Assembly (NCBI GenBank): GCA_039028615.1
Contig: JBCCHT010000026.1
Coordinates: forward strand, 128,001 to 192,000
Direction: 5' to 3'
Length of the DNA stretch: 64,000 nucleotides
DNA from: Myxococcota bacterium
Lineage (GTDB): Bacteria; Myxococcota_A; Polyangia; Nannocystales; Nannocystaceae
Under the pieces are notes generated by a model that was given only the letters and a program-made list of their open reading frames with translations, did no database searches and was not told the DNA's origin. The position numbers and the translations under genes are program-made. Of the stretch, positions 46,862 through 57,194 are shown piece by piece. The first letter of the stretch is position 1. The number at the start of each line of letters is the position of its first letter.

Positions 46862-47464
46862 CTAGTCCATGAGGGCGCGAATGCGCTGCGCCCAGCCCTC
46901 GAGGTCGAGCTCTTCTTCGCTCTTGGGCCCGCCCGGAGTCCGCCGCAGCAGCTCCATCAGCTTTTCGCGGCCACGGAAGGTACGGGTGCGGGCCGTCGCG
47001 GCCGAGACCCCCATCGCTTCGCCTATGTCCGCGGACGACATGTCTTCCCAGTACCGCATCTCCAGCACGACCTGGAGCCCCAGCGGGAGACGGCGCAGCG
47101 CCTCGAGCAGGAGTCGATCTTGCTCGAGCGTGCGCATCAAGGTGCTCGGCCCGGGCGCGAGATCGAAGGCCGCGCAGGACTCCAGGGCATCGATCTTTCG
47201 CGCGCTCGCGTCCTTGGTGAAATATCGCTTCAGCACGTTGTAGGCGGTGCCGAACAAGTACGAGCGGAAGTTCGCGTCCTCGCGCAGGCGGTCACGGCCC
47301 ACCACACACGCCGCGAAGGTCTCCTGGATCAGGTCCTCGTGGTCGTACGGGACCTTGTTGATGAAGAACCGCGAGACGTGGTCGAAGTAGCGCTGGAAGA
47401 GAACCTGCCCAGAGCTGGCATCGCCTCCACGCCACGCGACGAGCAGCTCGGCGTCTTCCGTCAC
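46862..47464 (-). CDS. ECF RNA polymerase sigma factor
   Basis: DAELLVAWRGGD, EDLIQETF, FRSYLF, ADIGEAMGVSAATARTR; same family as 9249-9902. Confidence 0.92.
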   Translation of the reverse strand: MTEDAELLVAWRGGDASSGQVLFQRYFDHVSRFFINKVPYDHEDLIQETFAACVVGRDRLREDANFRSYLFGTAYNVLKRYFTKDASARKIDALESCAAFDLAPGPSTLMRTLEQDRLLLEALRRLPLGLQVVLEMRYWEDMSSADIGEAMGVSAATARTRTFRGREKLMELLRRTPGGPKSEEELDLEGWAQRIRALMD

Positions 47465-47615
47465 GAGGCGACGGTAGCACGCAGGGCCCGCTTCGAATCG
47501 CTACGGCTCGGCCGGCACCTGAGGGTTTCCACCATCGGGCTGAAGAACGCCGGTTGCGAGCCCTACGGAGTCGAACCGAGCGTGGGGGAGCCGCGTTTCG
47601 TGCGCGGCCCCGGGC

Positions 47616-48095
47616 TCAGTTGTCGCCGCGCTCGTCGTCGACGTGACCGTGCTCGAGCTCTTCTTTGGTGGCGTCGCGGATCTCCATGACCTCGACCTTG
47701 AAGTGGAGGTTCATGCCCGCCAGCGGGTGGTCGAGGGTCAGGGTGACGTGCGTGTCGTTGACCTCGGCGATGTACATCTGCACGCGCTTGCCCTCTTCGA
47801 GCTCGATGCCGACCGGCATACCCGGCTGAGGCTCGCCGCCTTCGAAGGCCTCGCGGGGGACTTGCTGCCCCTGGCCAGTCCGGGGCCCGTAGCCTTGCTC
47901 GGGCGGCACGACGAGGTCGAGGGTGTCGCCCTTGGTCTTGCCCTCGAGCGCCTTCTCCAGCCCCTCCACGATGGCCCCGGTGCCGTGCAGGTAGGGCATG
48001 GGGTCCGAGTCGCGTGAGCTGTCGATCTCTTGGCCGTCGTCATCGGTCAGGACGTAGTGGATGAAGACGACTTTGTTGGCGCTGACGGTGCTCAT
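47616..48095 (-). CDS. slyD: FKBP-type peptidyl-prolyl isomerase, SlyD family
   Basis: [40 protein letters not shown]. Confidence 0.9.
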   Translation of the reverse strand: MSTVSANKVVFIHYVLTDDDGQEIDSSRDSDPMPYLHGTGAIVEGLEKALEGKTKGDTLDLVVPPEQGYGPRTGQGQQVPREAFEGGEPQPGMPVGIELEEGKRVQMYIAEVNDTHVTLTLDHPLAGMNLHFKVEVMEIRDATKEELEHGHVDDERGDN

Positions 48096-48264
48096 GCGAC
48101 GCACGGTGTAGCACGCGGTCGACGACGTGGAACGCGGGCTCCGCGGGGCGGGCGTGAGGCTGCGACTGCGGTGGGCAGGACGGCGGTTTGGTTCCAATGG
48201 AGCGCGATGACGGCATCCAGGGGGGCGATGCGCGCGGACCGGTGAGTCCCGAGCCTATCGACGC

Positions 48265-49224
48265 TCAGGGGCCGAACGAGTCGCTGAAGATTTCCTTGGC
48301 GCTGGTGCCCGCCAAAAACAGCGAGCGTCGCATCTGCGAGACGAAGCCGCTGTTGCCACACAGGTAGGCTCGGACGTCGCGAGGCTCGGGGTTCTCCCGC
48401 GAGACCAGCTCGGGCAGTGAGCCGACGACGAGGTCCGGGTCGGACTCGGGTTCGGACTCGAGCGTGCACCAGCGGACCTCGAGGTTGTCGTGCTGCGAGG
48501 CCATGGCCTGGAGCTCGGGCCGCAGGTACAGCCCGCGCGGGTCGGCAGCGCCGTGATAAAGCGTGATGGGGCCGCGATGGCCTCGGGCCAGAGCATCGCG
48601 CGTGACCCCGAGCAGCGGGGCGAGCCCGGTCGAGATGCCGGCGAGGAGCAAGGGGCGATCGGGGGCGTCGGCGGTGTAGAAGCAGTCGCCGAAGGGCCCG
48701 CGGAGCTCGAGCGTGTCGCCCAGCTCGACCACGGAGGCGAGCCAGTGGCTCATCTTGCCGTCGGGGAGGACGCGGATGTGCAGCTCGATGGAACCATCGG
48801 TGGGCGGGTTGGCCACGGAGTACGGCCGGGCCAGGCCATCGGGGCGAACGACCTGGACGAACTGCCCGGCTCGAACCCCCAGGGGCGCGGCTGTCTCGAA
48901 CTGCAGGAGCACGACGTCGGGGGCGACCCAGCGGCGGCCAACGAGGATGGCTCGAGCGTGGGCCGACGCCGGGTCGGAGACGCTCAGGTGTTCCGTTGGC
49001 CGACACACGCACGCGAGGAACAACCCCCGTTCGCGCTGGGTCGCGCTGAGCCCCCGTTGAGCCTCGGGAGGCACCGACCCCGCGTCGGCTTGCATGGTGC
49101 ACGCCTGACAGGTGCCGCGACGACACGAGAACGGGATTTCGTGCTGGGCTCGCTCGAGCCGCTCGAGCACGGTCTCGTTGGGCAAGCAGGGCAAGGTGAC
49201 CCCGCGGTAGGCGATGGAACCCAT
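48265..49224 (-). CDS. 2Fe-2S/FAD/NAD(P) oxidoreductase
   Basis: SCRRGTCQAC, LACVC, RPYSVA, GPFG, TGLAP, YLCG. Confidence 0.9.
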   Translation of the reverse strand: MGSIAYRGVTLPCLPNETVLERLERAQHEIPFSCRRGTCQACTMQADAGSVPPEAQRGLSATQRERGLFLACVCRPTEHLSVSDPASAHARAILVGRRWVAPDVVLLQFETAAPLGVRAGQFVQVVRPDGLARPYSVANPPTDGSIELHIRVLPDGKMSHWLASVVELGDTLELRGPFGDCFYTADAPDRPLLLAGISTGLAPLLGVTRDALARGHRGPITLYHGAADPRGLYLRPELQAMASQHDNLEVRWCTLESEPESDPDLVVGSLPELVSRENPEPRDVRAYLCGNSGFVSQMRRSLFLAGTSAKEIFSDSFGP

Positions 49225-49438
49225 GACTCAAAGGGTTCATGACGCGCCAAAATATGAATGTCAAATGCCTGTTTGTGACTCGGCTTCGCGCGTGCGAGGG
49301 AACAAACGACGAGCGTCGGAGTGCGGGCGCATTGTCGTTTCGGGCCGGTCGATGCAGGCGGCCCTCGTCTGGATGCTCGCGCAGTGCCCTCTTGGGGGGT
49401 CTTCTGCTGCCGGTCGGGCGATGTGCGACCATGGGCGC

Positions 49439-49762
49439 ATGGTCGTGGCTCGGCTCTGTTCGTTCCTGCTCGTCGCCATCGTCGGTTGTCGGCCCGCCGC
49501 GGATTTGTCGGTGCCGGCGAGTCAGGGTCCCGCTCCGACCGCGGCGGGAGCTCCCGCGGTGGGGGCCGAAGTCTGCGAGACGGGGCCGGAAGACCTCGAT
49601 GGTTTCGAGGACGATGACGACTGCGCCGACCTCGACAACGACCAGGACGGGGTCGTCGACGAGCAGGACCGGTGTCCCAACGAGCCCGAGGACATCGACG
49701 GCTTCGAGGACGACGATGGCTGCCACGACGACGCTCCCGCCGTGCTGCCGGCCGAGGGCTGA
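49439..49762 (+). CDS. Short lipoprotein with thrombospondin type-3-like Ca-binding repeats
   Basis: IVGC lipobox; PEDLDGFEDDDDC and PEDIDGFEDDDGC. Confidence 0.7.
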   Translation: MVVARLCSFLLVAIVGCRPAADLSVPASQGPAPTAAGAPAVGAEVCETGPEDLDGFEDDDDCADLDNDQDGVVDEQDRCPNEPEDIDGFEDDDGCHDDAPAVLPAEG

Positions 49763-49783
49763 GCCTGCTATCGTCCCGAACCG

Positions 49784-50974
49784 GTGGACTACTTCGACCG
49801 CTTGGGCGCCAGCCTGCAAGACGCGTGGAGCGAGCGCGGGCGCCTCGAAGAGCACTTTCCCGACGCGGCGGTCGAGGTGCTCCAGCGCATGCCGCCCGCG
49901 GAGGCGCTCGATCGGGAGTCGTTGCTCGACCACCTGCTCGACCCTCGCCGACCGACCTCGATGCAGCTGGCGCCGCAGGGGGCGTTCGGCCAGCCCGGGT
50001 TCACCGTGCACCACGGCCACGGCTTTTCGATCGAGGTCTACCACTGGCTCGAGTCGCTCTCGGCCATCCACAACCATCCCTTCTGTGGCGCGTTCACCAT
50101 CCTGCACGGGCACTCGGTCCACGCGCGCTACGAGGTGGGCCCGATGAGTGCCCGGGGCGGCCGAGCGTATCGGACCACGGTACGACTCTCCGCGCTGGAG
50201 CTGGTGCGACCCGGCGACGTGGTGCCCTTCTCGCTGGAGCGTCACCCGCTGGTGCACGCCCTCGTGCACGTGCCTCGGTCGTCGATCTCGATGGTCGTAC
50301 GAACCTCGCGGACGGAGGGCTATTTTCGCTACTTGCCGCCCGGGATTGCGCTGCCCATGGAAGGCGCGGGAGAGCCTCGCGACCGGCAGCTCGCTCTGCT
50401 CGAGTCGCTGGCGGCCACGGGCGATCCTCGGCTATCGGTTCGGCTCCAGGCCATGCTCGAGCACGCCGACTTCGAGCTCGCGATGCGCTTGCTCTCGGCG
50501 CACTGGCCCGGCAGCGCTCCGCAGCCGCGCGCCGAGCTGCTCGCCACGGTGCGCGCCCGTTTCGGAGAGGACGCAGATGCGATGCAGGTCGTGCTCGACC
50601 GGGCGCTGCGCCTGCAAGAAGCCACCTCGGTACGCGAGGGCCTCGCCGACCCTGCGCTCCGTCTGGTGGCGACTGCCTTGGGCTATGCCGAGCTGCGCAG
50701 CCAGGTGCTCGGGTTGCTCGAAGCGGCCGGGCTCGAGCCGGTGGAGACCCTGCACCGCTTCGTGGACGAAGCAGGGCTCTACGACGAGGGCGAGGAAGCT
50801 TCGGCCATCATCGCCCATGTGCTGGTCGAAGGCGGCGGCGCACCGCAGGCGCTCGAGCGCCTGCGCACCGTGTACGAGGCCACGGCGATCGAGGGCCACG
50901 AAGCCGAGGTCGAGGAGTACTGCCGCGCGTCGATCTTTGCCGTGCTCGGCGAGGATCAACCCTCGCGCAAATAG
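49784..50974 (+). CDS. Hypothetical protein with cupin (cysteine-dioxygenase-like) domain
   Basis: IHNHPFCGAFTILHG...LVHALVH His pattern; helical C-terminus. Confidence 0.65.
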   Translation: MDYFDRLGASLQDAWSERGRLEEHFPDAAVEVLQRMPPAEALDRESLLDHLLDPRRPTSMQLAPQGAFGQPGFTVHHGHGFSIEVYHWLESLSAIHNHPFCGAFTILHGHSVHARYEVGPMSARGGRAYRTTVRLSALELVRPGDVVPFSLERHPLVHALVHVPRSSISMVVRTSRTEGYFRYLPPGIALPMEGAGEPRDRQLALLESLAATGDPRLSVRLQAMLEHADFELAMRLLSAHWPGSAPQPRAELLATVRARFGEDADAMQVVLDRALRLQEATSVREGLADPALRLVATALGYAELRSQVLGLLEAAGLEPVETLHRFVDEAGLYDEGEEASAIIAHVLVEGGGAPQALERLRTVYEATAIEGHEAEVEEYCRASIFAVLGEDQPSRK

Positions 50975-51693
50975 TCGTGGGCGACCTCGCCGAAGGTCAG
51001 CGTGAAGTTGGTGTGGACTTCCACCGCCCCCAGGACCTCCTTGGGTGCGATGGCTCCCAGCGGATCGTTGGGCGTACTCCGTAGCTCGACCTTCGCACCT
51101 CCGGCCCGGGCTCCCATGATCTCCACATCCTGAAGCACGGTGGAGGTCAGCTGCATGACATCGGGCGGCGCTCCTTCACGCACCGACGGGACGAGCTTGA
51201 GGTTGAAGAAGGTCGGATTGAAGGGCACATCGGAGGGGGCAATCTCGGGCCCGAGCTCGAGCACCGACTCGATGATCGCGCTGCCACCCCGCTCGACTCG
51301 GGTGGCGATCTGGCCATCTCCTTCGATTCCGATGGTGGCGAGCTTCTTGGGAAAGCCCCAGATCTCCCGCCCCGCGCCCATGGGGTTGTCCTGGTCGAGG
51401 TACATATACGCCGTGAATGCGCCTTCGACCCCGTTGAGGCTCGAAGGCACCAATAGCGCCACTTCGTGGTAGGTGCCGAACACGTCTGCGGTGAGGCGGT
51501 TGACCATCAACGCCGCCTGGCCATCGGGGTTGGGGACGAGGGGGGCAGGGACCAAGGCCGCCAACGCATCGCGATTGGCCGCAACGAACGAGATCAGCTG
51601 AAGCCGACTGTCGGTATAGCGACACGGCGGTCGTTGGTACAAAGGAGCATCCTGGGGAACGCAATATCCGTGCGTCTTGTTGACCATCACCAT
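50956..51693 (-). CDS. Acetoacetate decarboxylase family protein
   Basis: LVPAPL, GTYHEV, GREIWGFPKK. Confidence 0.88.
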   Translation of the reverse strand: MVMVNKTHGYCVPQDAPLYQRPPCRYTDSRLQLISFVAANRDALAALVPAPLVPNPDGQAALMVNRLTADVFGTYHEVALLVPSSLNGVEGAFTAYMYLDQDNPMGAGREIWGFPKKLATIGIEGDGQIATRVERGGSAIIESVLELGPEIAPSDVPFNPTFFNLKLVPSVREGAPPDVMQLTSTVLQDVEIMGARAGGAKVELRSTPNDPLGAIAPKEVLGAVEVHTNFTLTFGEVAHDYLREG

Positions 51694-51862
51694 TTCTCCC
51701 GGTCGTCGCAGCACTACGAGCGACGATCGTCTCGGTTATAGATTGACGAGGGATCGGGGCGCAGGCCCAAATCCGACAATCGAAGAACTGAAGTAGCGCA
51801 AAAACTATGGCGGTGCTCGGAACCGCTCGCCGCGGTCGATCTCTAGCGGGACTTACGGGTCG

Positions 51863-52885
51863 TCAGCCGCGACAACACAACGTGTACTCGGAGTCGGTCG
51901 TGGTCGGCGGCGCTTCGATGATGCCTGCGGATTGGCATGCGGGCTCTACCTCATAGCCGATGGCGTAGTAGATGATTCCCGGCGGCGCCGGGCTGCAGAC
52001 CGCATTGGCGGGCAGGGCCGCGATGGGGGCGTTGTCGCAGCTGCCCCCCGGGTACATCACCACGTCACCGCAGTCCCAGTTGCAGCCACCGCACTCGAGG
52101 TCGCAGGAGGGGGGCGTCCACGAACCGGCCATGACCTCCCGATCGCCGTACTCTCCGGGGCATTCGTGTCGGCCTTCGGCCAGCAGACACGCGGCCGTCT
52201 CGGGGGCGCACCAGTTGCCGTCGCCGCAGTTGGGCGCGACTTCGTTGAGCTGACAGACCAGCTGGTCACGCGGGGGAGTGACCGGCACCAGGAACGTGTC
52301 GGGGGAGCAGGGGGGGGCGACGAGATCGGCGTAGTAGTTGCCCTCGACGAGCGAGCCCGAGGTGAGTCCGCATCCGCTGTTGTCGACTTGCAGGTTGTCG
52401 CACCCGGGGGTGTTGAGCTGCCAGCTGAGACCACAGGTGCCGAAGGTCTCGTTGCAGTCACAGTCGCAATCGAACTCCGGCTCGGTGGTGAGCAGGGCGA
52501 AGGTGTCGCTGCCGGTAGGACACAGATCGTTGTTGTCCTTCGGCGGGATCATGACGGGGAGCCAACCGCCGGGGATCGGCTCGCAGGTCATGTCCGGGGG
52601 GCACTCGCCGGTCGGCGGCAGGCCCATGTCGATGGGCAACACGCCTTCGTCGGTGCTCTCGTCGATGGGGCCGTCGGTGGTGGTCGGGCCCTTGGTGCTG
52701 TTCGTCGTCGCGGGAGTGGGCGGCGATGTGGTTGTGCCCCCGGTCGCGGTGGTGGCGGAGCCGGCGGTCATCCCGTTGGCGCCCGTGTCGTTGGCCACCG
52801 CCATGTACTCTGGGTTTTCTCGGGCCCAGCACGCGGACGTCAGCACGAGCATCCAGAGACCGGCGTGAACTCCACGACTACCCAC
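51863..52885 (-). CDS. Cys-rich secreted lipoprotein
   Basis: LTSAC lipobox, Thr-rich linker, many Cys, ends TLCCRG. GTG start inferred. Confidence 0.7.
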   Translation of the reverse strand: MGSRGVHAGLWMLVLTSACWARENPEYMAVANDTGANGMTAGSATTATGGTTTSPPTPATTNSTKGPTTTDGPIDESTDEGVLPIDMGLPPTGECPPDMTCEPIPGGWLPVMIPPKDNNDLCPTGSDTFALLTTEPEFDCDCDCNETFGTCGLSWQLNTPGCDNLQVDNSGCGLTSGSLVEGNYYADLVAPPCSPDTFLVPVTPPRDQLVCQLNEVAPNCGDGNWCAPETAACLLAEGRHECPGEYGDREVMAGSWTPPSCDLECGGCNWDCGDVVMYPGGSCDNAPIAALPANAVCSPAPPGIIYYAIGYEVEPACQSAGIIEAPPTTTDSEYTLCCRG

Positions 52886-53160
52886 GGACTTCAGACTACC
52901 AGCGAGCCGTGGCACACAGGGCGCGTGATGGCGACAGAGGCCGCGGCCCATTGCTGGCCACCGTCGATCGACGCCACGAAGGGCCGCGCGTGGTGTTCGT
53001 AATGACGTTCGATCCTCCAATCGTCCTTCCAAGTGGCAGTGCCCTCCGGTGAAGTTTCCACTCACCGCCGGTCGATTTTTTTACGATCGCCGAGGCTCGC
53101 TCCAGGTCGCCTGCCGTCGGGGCTTCTCGTATCGCGCCGATTTCGCAGCGCGGGGGCGGA

Positions 53161-53928
53161 TCAGCACCCGTTCGCTTCACATGCGCAGGCCGAGCCAGAG
53201 GCCTGCACGTCGGGGCCATCGTCCTGGCTCTGGTTGCAGGACACGATGCTGTCGTTGGACCCGCACTGGAATTCGAGCTGGTCGCAGGTCTGGTTGTCGC
53301 CGCGGCACGACACGGCGCACGGACCGTCGCCACACTGCACCACCGCCTGCTGGCATGCCTGGTTCCCGCCGCAGGCGACGCTGCACTCGTGCGCGGTGGG
53401 GCACTGAATGGTTGCTTGCTGACAGGCCTGATTGCCCTGGCAGGTGACCTCGCAGGCGTTGCCGGGGGGGCAGACGATCGAGTCGCCCTGACAGGACTGG
53501 CTGCTCCCGCAGTCGATTCCGCAGACCCCGTCCGTGCAGGAATCGCAGCCCATGGGACAGCCCATCGGGCTCATGGGGGCCGTGCCGCACGCGGGTCCGT
53601 CGGTGGTGGAGCCTTCGCCCTCGTCGGTGCTCCCGCCCACGCCCTCGGTGGTACCGCCGTCGTCTTCCGTGGAGTCGCCGACTCCCTGCGTCGTCTCGCT
53701 GGTCTCGCCGTCATCGGCGTCGGTGGTGGGCGTCGCCGAGGTATTGTCGCCGCTGGCCGACATGCCGCCGCTGCCCACCGCAGACGTCGCGACGGATGCA
53801 TCGGTGGTGCCGCGGGTCGACCCGGTCGAGTCGCCATCGCCGGGCTGCTGCGCCGAGCTGCTCCCTTGTCCTCCGGCGTTGGGACTGCATCCGAGCAGGA
53901 GCAGCAGACCCAACGCCAGACAACGCAT
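53161..53928 (-). CDS. Cys-rich lipoprotein with short CxGxxAC repeats
   Basis: LLGC lipobox; CQGNQACQQA and CGGNQACQQA repeats. Confidence 0.75.
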   Translation of the reverse strand: MRCLALGLLLLLGCSPNAGGQGSSSAQQPGDGDSTGSTRGTTDASVATSAVGSGGMSASGDNTSATPTTDADDGETSETTQGVGDSTEDDGGTTEGVGGSTDEGEGSTTDGPACGTAPMSPMGCPMGCDSCTDGVCGIDCGSSQSCQGDSIVCPPGNACEVTCQGNQACQQATIQCPTAHECSVACGGNQACQQAVVQCGDGPCAVSCRGDNQTCDQLEFQCGSNDSIVSCNQSQDDGPDVQASGSACACEANGC

Positions 53929-54039
53929 GGATCCCAGCCTACCGGAGATCATGGCCCGAATCACCCATTCGTTGAGCCCGGGCACCATTGGTATTGCCGC
54001 TTGCGAGGATGGCCTTCGGCGGGGAAGGATGCAGGGGTC

Positions 54040-55416
54040 GTGAAGTCCGTCGTTGCGTGGTCCGTCGTGATCCTGGCCGGTTGCCTCGGTGGCTGCGGTC
54101 GGACCGATCCGATCGCGCTATTGGATGCGTCGATGCCCGACACCGGGGGCGAGGAAGGCGAGTCCACGACGGCGGCCGATTCGTTCGCCGACGACTCGAA
54201 CGCCGACACCGCCGCGGACACCGGACCCGTGGTCACCACGACTCCGCCTCCCCCGGTGACCACGACCGATCCCGGCGGTGAGGTGGATACGGGGCCGATG
54301 ACCAACTGCGGCAACGCGGTCATCGAATTCGACGAGCTGTGCGATGGACCCGAGCTCGGGGGCGAGGACTGCGTCTCGCAGGGCTTCGGCGATGGCGTGC
54401 TGCTGTGCACCGACGACTGCCTGGGCTTCGATCCGGTGCTGTGCGAGGAGCCGAGCTGCGGCAACGGGATCCTCGAGGGCGAAGAGGCCTGCGACGGGAC
54501 CGACCTGGGCGGTGTCACCTGTGAGGATCTCGGCTTCGGCCCGGGAATCCCCAACTGCACGATCGGGTGCACGGGCTTCGACGTCACCCCCTGCATCGGC
54601 GCGCGCTGTGGAGACGGGATCGTCCATGCCACCGAGGTCTGCGACGGGCTCGACCTGAAGGGCGAGACCTGCGTGAGCCAGGGCTTCGACGGCGGCGTGT
54701 TGAGCTGCGCGGCGGGGTGCCAGGACTTCGAGTACGGCAACTGCTTCCAATGCGGCGACGGCTTCATCGATCCGGGCGAGGTGTGCGACGGCGCGGACCT
54801 GGGCGGCAACAGCTGCCTGGCCCAGGGCTTCGATGGTGGGGCGCTGGCGTGTGCCTCCGATTGCGGGGGCTTCGACATCACCGGGTGCATCAGCCTCACC
54901 TGCGGCAACGACCTCATCGATGGCGCCGAGGTCTGCGATGGCCCCGACTTGGCCGGCCAGGATTGCGCGTCGTTGGGCCTCGGCACGGGCGAGCTGGCGT
55001 GCGACGCCGGGTGCACCAGCCTCGACACCTCCGGTTGTTTGTTCTGCGTCGAAGAAGACATCGGCACGGCCACTGGACCCGGCGTGGCGACGGGCAATAC
55101 CGATCTCGAGGACGACGACCTGCCCCAGAGCTGTGCGGCGGGAGGCAGCGCCGACCGGGTCCTGCTGTTCACGGCGACCGACGCGGGCGACTACGCCTTC
55201 GACACCAACGGCTCGGACTACGACACGGCCCTCACCGCGTTCGCGAGCTGTGACCCGGGCTCCCAGCTGGCGTGTGACGACGACGGCGGCACCGGGACCG
55301 ACTCGCGCATCGTGGTGGACCTCGCGGCGGGTCAGTCGGTGTTGATCGTGGTCGACGGCTGGTCGGGCAGCACGGGGGACTGGATCCTCAACATCGAGCC
55401 TCCCTCGCTGCCCTGA
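54040..55416 (+). CDS. Lipoprotein with five myxobacterial Cys-rich repeats and a PPC-like C-terminal domain
   Basis: Five CG(N/D)...E.CDG..L.G..C repeats; FDTNGSDYDT, LACDDDGG, LIVVDGW. Confidence 0.82.
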   Translation: MKSVVAWSVVILAGCLGGCGRTDPIALLDASMPDTGGEEGESTTAADSFADDSNADTAADTGPVVTTTPPPPVTTTDPGGEVDTGPMTNCGNAVIEFDELCDGPELGGEDCVSQGFGDGVLLCTDDCLGFDPVLCEEPSCGNGILEGEEACDGTDLGGVTCEDLGFGPGIPNCTIGCTGFDVTPCIGARCGDGIVHATEVCDGLDLKGETCVSQGFDGGVLSCAAGCQDFEYGNCFQCGDGFIDPGEVCDGADLGGNSCLAQGFDGGALACASDCGGFDITGCISLTCGNDLIDGAEVCDGPDLAGQDCASLGLGTGELACDAGCTSLDTSGCLFCVEEDIGTATGPGVATGNTDLEDDDLPQSCAAGGSADRVLLFTATDAGDYAFDTNGSDYDTALTAFASCDPGSQLACDDDGGTGTDSRIVVDLAAGQSVLIVVDGWSGSTGDWILNIEPPSLP

Positions 55417-55440
55417 GCGGCGGCGGAAAACCGGGGTAGA

Positions 55441-56337
55441 GTGCGAGCCGTGTCCGGCCGCGTGCTGAACCTGCTCCACCGGTACTACACCACGACCCGG
55501 CCCAACCCGCGGGTCCTGGAACTGTGTGGAGCCACCGAGCCCGACACGCCCTATACGGCCGAGCGCGACGAAGACCTCACGGTGATCCTCAACGGCTGGG
55601 CGCGCCCGGAGTACCTGCCGCTGGTGTGGGAGGGGATTCAGTATCAGACCCGTCGCCCGGCCCAGACGTGGATCGTGCAGAACGGGCCGGGCAAGTTGGC
55701 CGCGGTGCCCCGTGAGTTCTTTGCGTCCGTTCGCGAGCACCACACGCGGATCATCGACTCCGACCTCAACCTCGGGTGCTGGTTTCGCTTCATCTTGGCC
55801 GCCCTGTACTGCCGCACGCGCTATGTGGCGATCTTCGACGACGACACCCTGCCCGGGTGCGAGGCCTTGGCTGCGGCCCTGACCGATCTGCACGCGCGCC
55901 CGGGCATCTACGGTGGTCGCGGCATCATCTACGTCGACGAAGGAGGTCCGCCGCGGTTTTGGGCCCACGAGGTCGCGGGGTGGCCGGCGGGGACGCCCGA
56001 GGCCACGCGGGTCGATTTCGTGGGGCATGCGTGGGTCATGGAGACGGCCTGGCTGCGTCGCATGCTGCCGCTATTGCCCTCGACCTTCCTCGACGCGGCC
56101 GAGCCCGGTCGCCAGTGTGGTGAGGACATGTTCCTGTCGTTCGCGGGACAAAAACTCGGCGTGCCGACCTTTGTGTGGGGGCACGGAGCGACCTGCAACG
56201 CCCGCTGGTCGAGCCTGCAGGCCCTCGAGATGGGGTGCCACGAAAACTCGATCAGCATGTCCGGGGGGCTGGCTGGGGGCGACGAACACCTGCGCGAGCT
56301 CCTGGCCGCGGGCTGGCGACTGCTTCGATTCCAATGA
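55441..56337 (+). CDS. GT-A fold glycosyltransferase (GT2-like)
   Basis: LTVILNGWAR, YVAIFDDDTLPG (DxD), GEDM. Confidence 0.78.
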   Translation: MRAVSGRVLNLLHRYYTTTRPNPRVLELCGATEPDTPYTAERDEDLTVILNGWARPEYLPLVWEGIQYQTRRPAQTWIVQNGPGKLAAVPREFFASVREHHTRIIDSDLNLGCWFRFILAALYCRTRYVAIFDDDTLPGCEALAAALTDLHARPGIYGGRGIIYVDEGGPPRFWAHEVAGWPAGTPEATRVDFVGHAWVMETAWLRRMLPLLPSTFLDAAEPGRQCGEDMFLSFAGQKLGVPTFVWGHGATCNARWSSLQALEMGCHENSISMSGGLAGGDEHLRELLAAGWRLLRFQ

Positions 56338-56369
56338 GCGTGGCGCGTCGCGAGCGATGTCGCTAGATT

Positions 56370-57188
56370 TTGCCCGTGTCGTTCGGCCGCCACCTCGAGC
56401 AGTTCCTCGGCCACCTCGCGGGCGGGGGCTCGATGACGCTGGTGCGCTACGGCGATGGCGAGCGCTGCATCATGCAGGGGGCGGAGATCAGCACCATGGG
56501 GACCAACCGGCACTGGTGCTGGCGTCCGAGCCTGGGCATCTCTTCGCCTCGCATCACCGAGGACCTCGCCGCAACCTTGGCCGTCGATCGCCCCGGCTAC
56601 TACGTGGGCATCAGCTGTCCCTGCTGCAACGAGCCCGACCATCGGTTTTACATGGACCGGCTCCCTGCCGCGCGTCGGCGCAGTCGGGTGACCTACGCGA
56701 ACCTGTTCTCCAACGGGAACTACCCCGCGCTGGCCGAGGGCTTCGTGCCGGCGTTGCGTGCCGCGGGGCGCCCCGTGGTGTTGGTGAGCAACTGGGACCG
56801 CGACTACGACCGCGCCCGGCAGGTGCTCGCGGGGCTCGAGGTCTTCGCCGTGCCGCTGTCCGCCCGGGAGTTCGACGAGCCGATCCCCAATCCGGTCGGC
56901 GAGGGCTTCTACCGGGGCGGGGCGGTGCTCTGGTACTCGCAGCATCGCGACGAGGTGCGGGCCCGGGCCCGTGCGGTGGCGCGGGAGCACGCGGGCGCCA
57001 TCGTGCTCGTGCAGCTGGGACCGGTCGCCAACATCATCGTGGCCGAGATGTTCGACGAGCGCCCCGAGGGCACTTACCTCGACATGGGCCACGCCCTCGA
57101 CCTGCTGCTCTATGGCGAGACCTCGCGGACCTACATGGTCGGCGCGGCCGCGATGTGCCGCGACATGGACGTCGACTGGGTGTTCTAG
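56370..57188 (+). CDS. Putative GT-D fold (DUF1792-like) glycosyltransferase
   Basis: VRYGDGE, LGPVANII, YLDMGH. Confidence 0.6.
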   Translation: MPVSFGRHLEQFLGHLAGGGSMTLVRYGDGERCIMQGAEISTMGTNRHWCWRPSLGISSPRITEDLAATLAVDRPGYYVGISCPCCNEPDHRFYMDRLPAARRRSRVTYANLFSNGNYPALAEGFVPALRAAGRPVVLVSNWDRDYDRARQVLAGLEVFAVPLSAREFDEPIPNPVGEGFYRGGAVLWYSQHRDEVRARARAVAREHAGAIVLVQLGPVANIIVAEMFDERPEGTYLDMGHALDLLLYGETSRTYMVGAAAMCRDMDVDWVF

Positions 57189-57194
57189 CTCTTC

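Noticed and set aside
47465..47615. Structured intergenic region as tRNA or ncRNA
   Set aside because: Only a short GC hairpin; no cloverleaf or recognisable riboswitch consensus.
44738..47689. 983-aa plus-strand ORF
   Set aside because: Shadow of the FG-GAP and sigma genes; stop codons are scarce in high-GC DNA.
48092..50269. 725-aa minus-strand ORF
   Set aside because: Arg/Pro-rich off-frame translation overlapping better-supported genes.
54300..55050. Regularly spaced DNA repeats resembling a CRISPR array
   Set aside because: Degenerate, in-frame Cys-rich protein repeats; no identical repeats with unique spacers and no cas genes.
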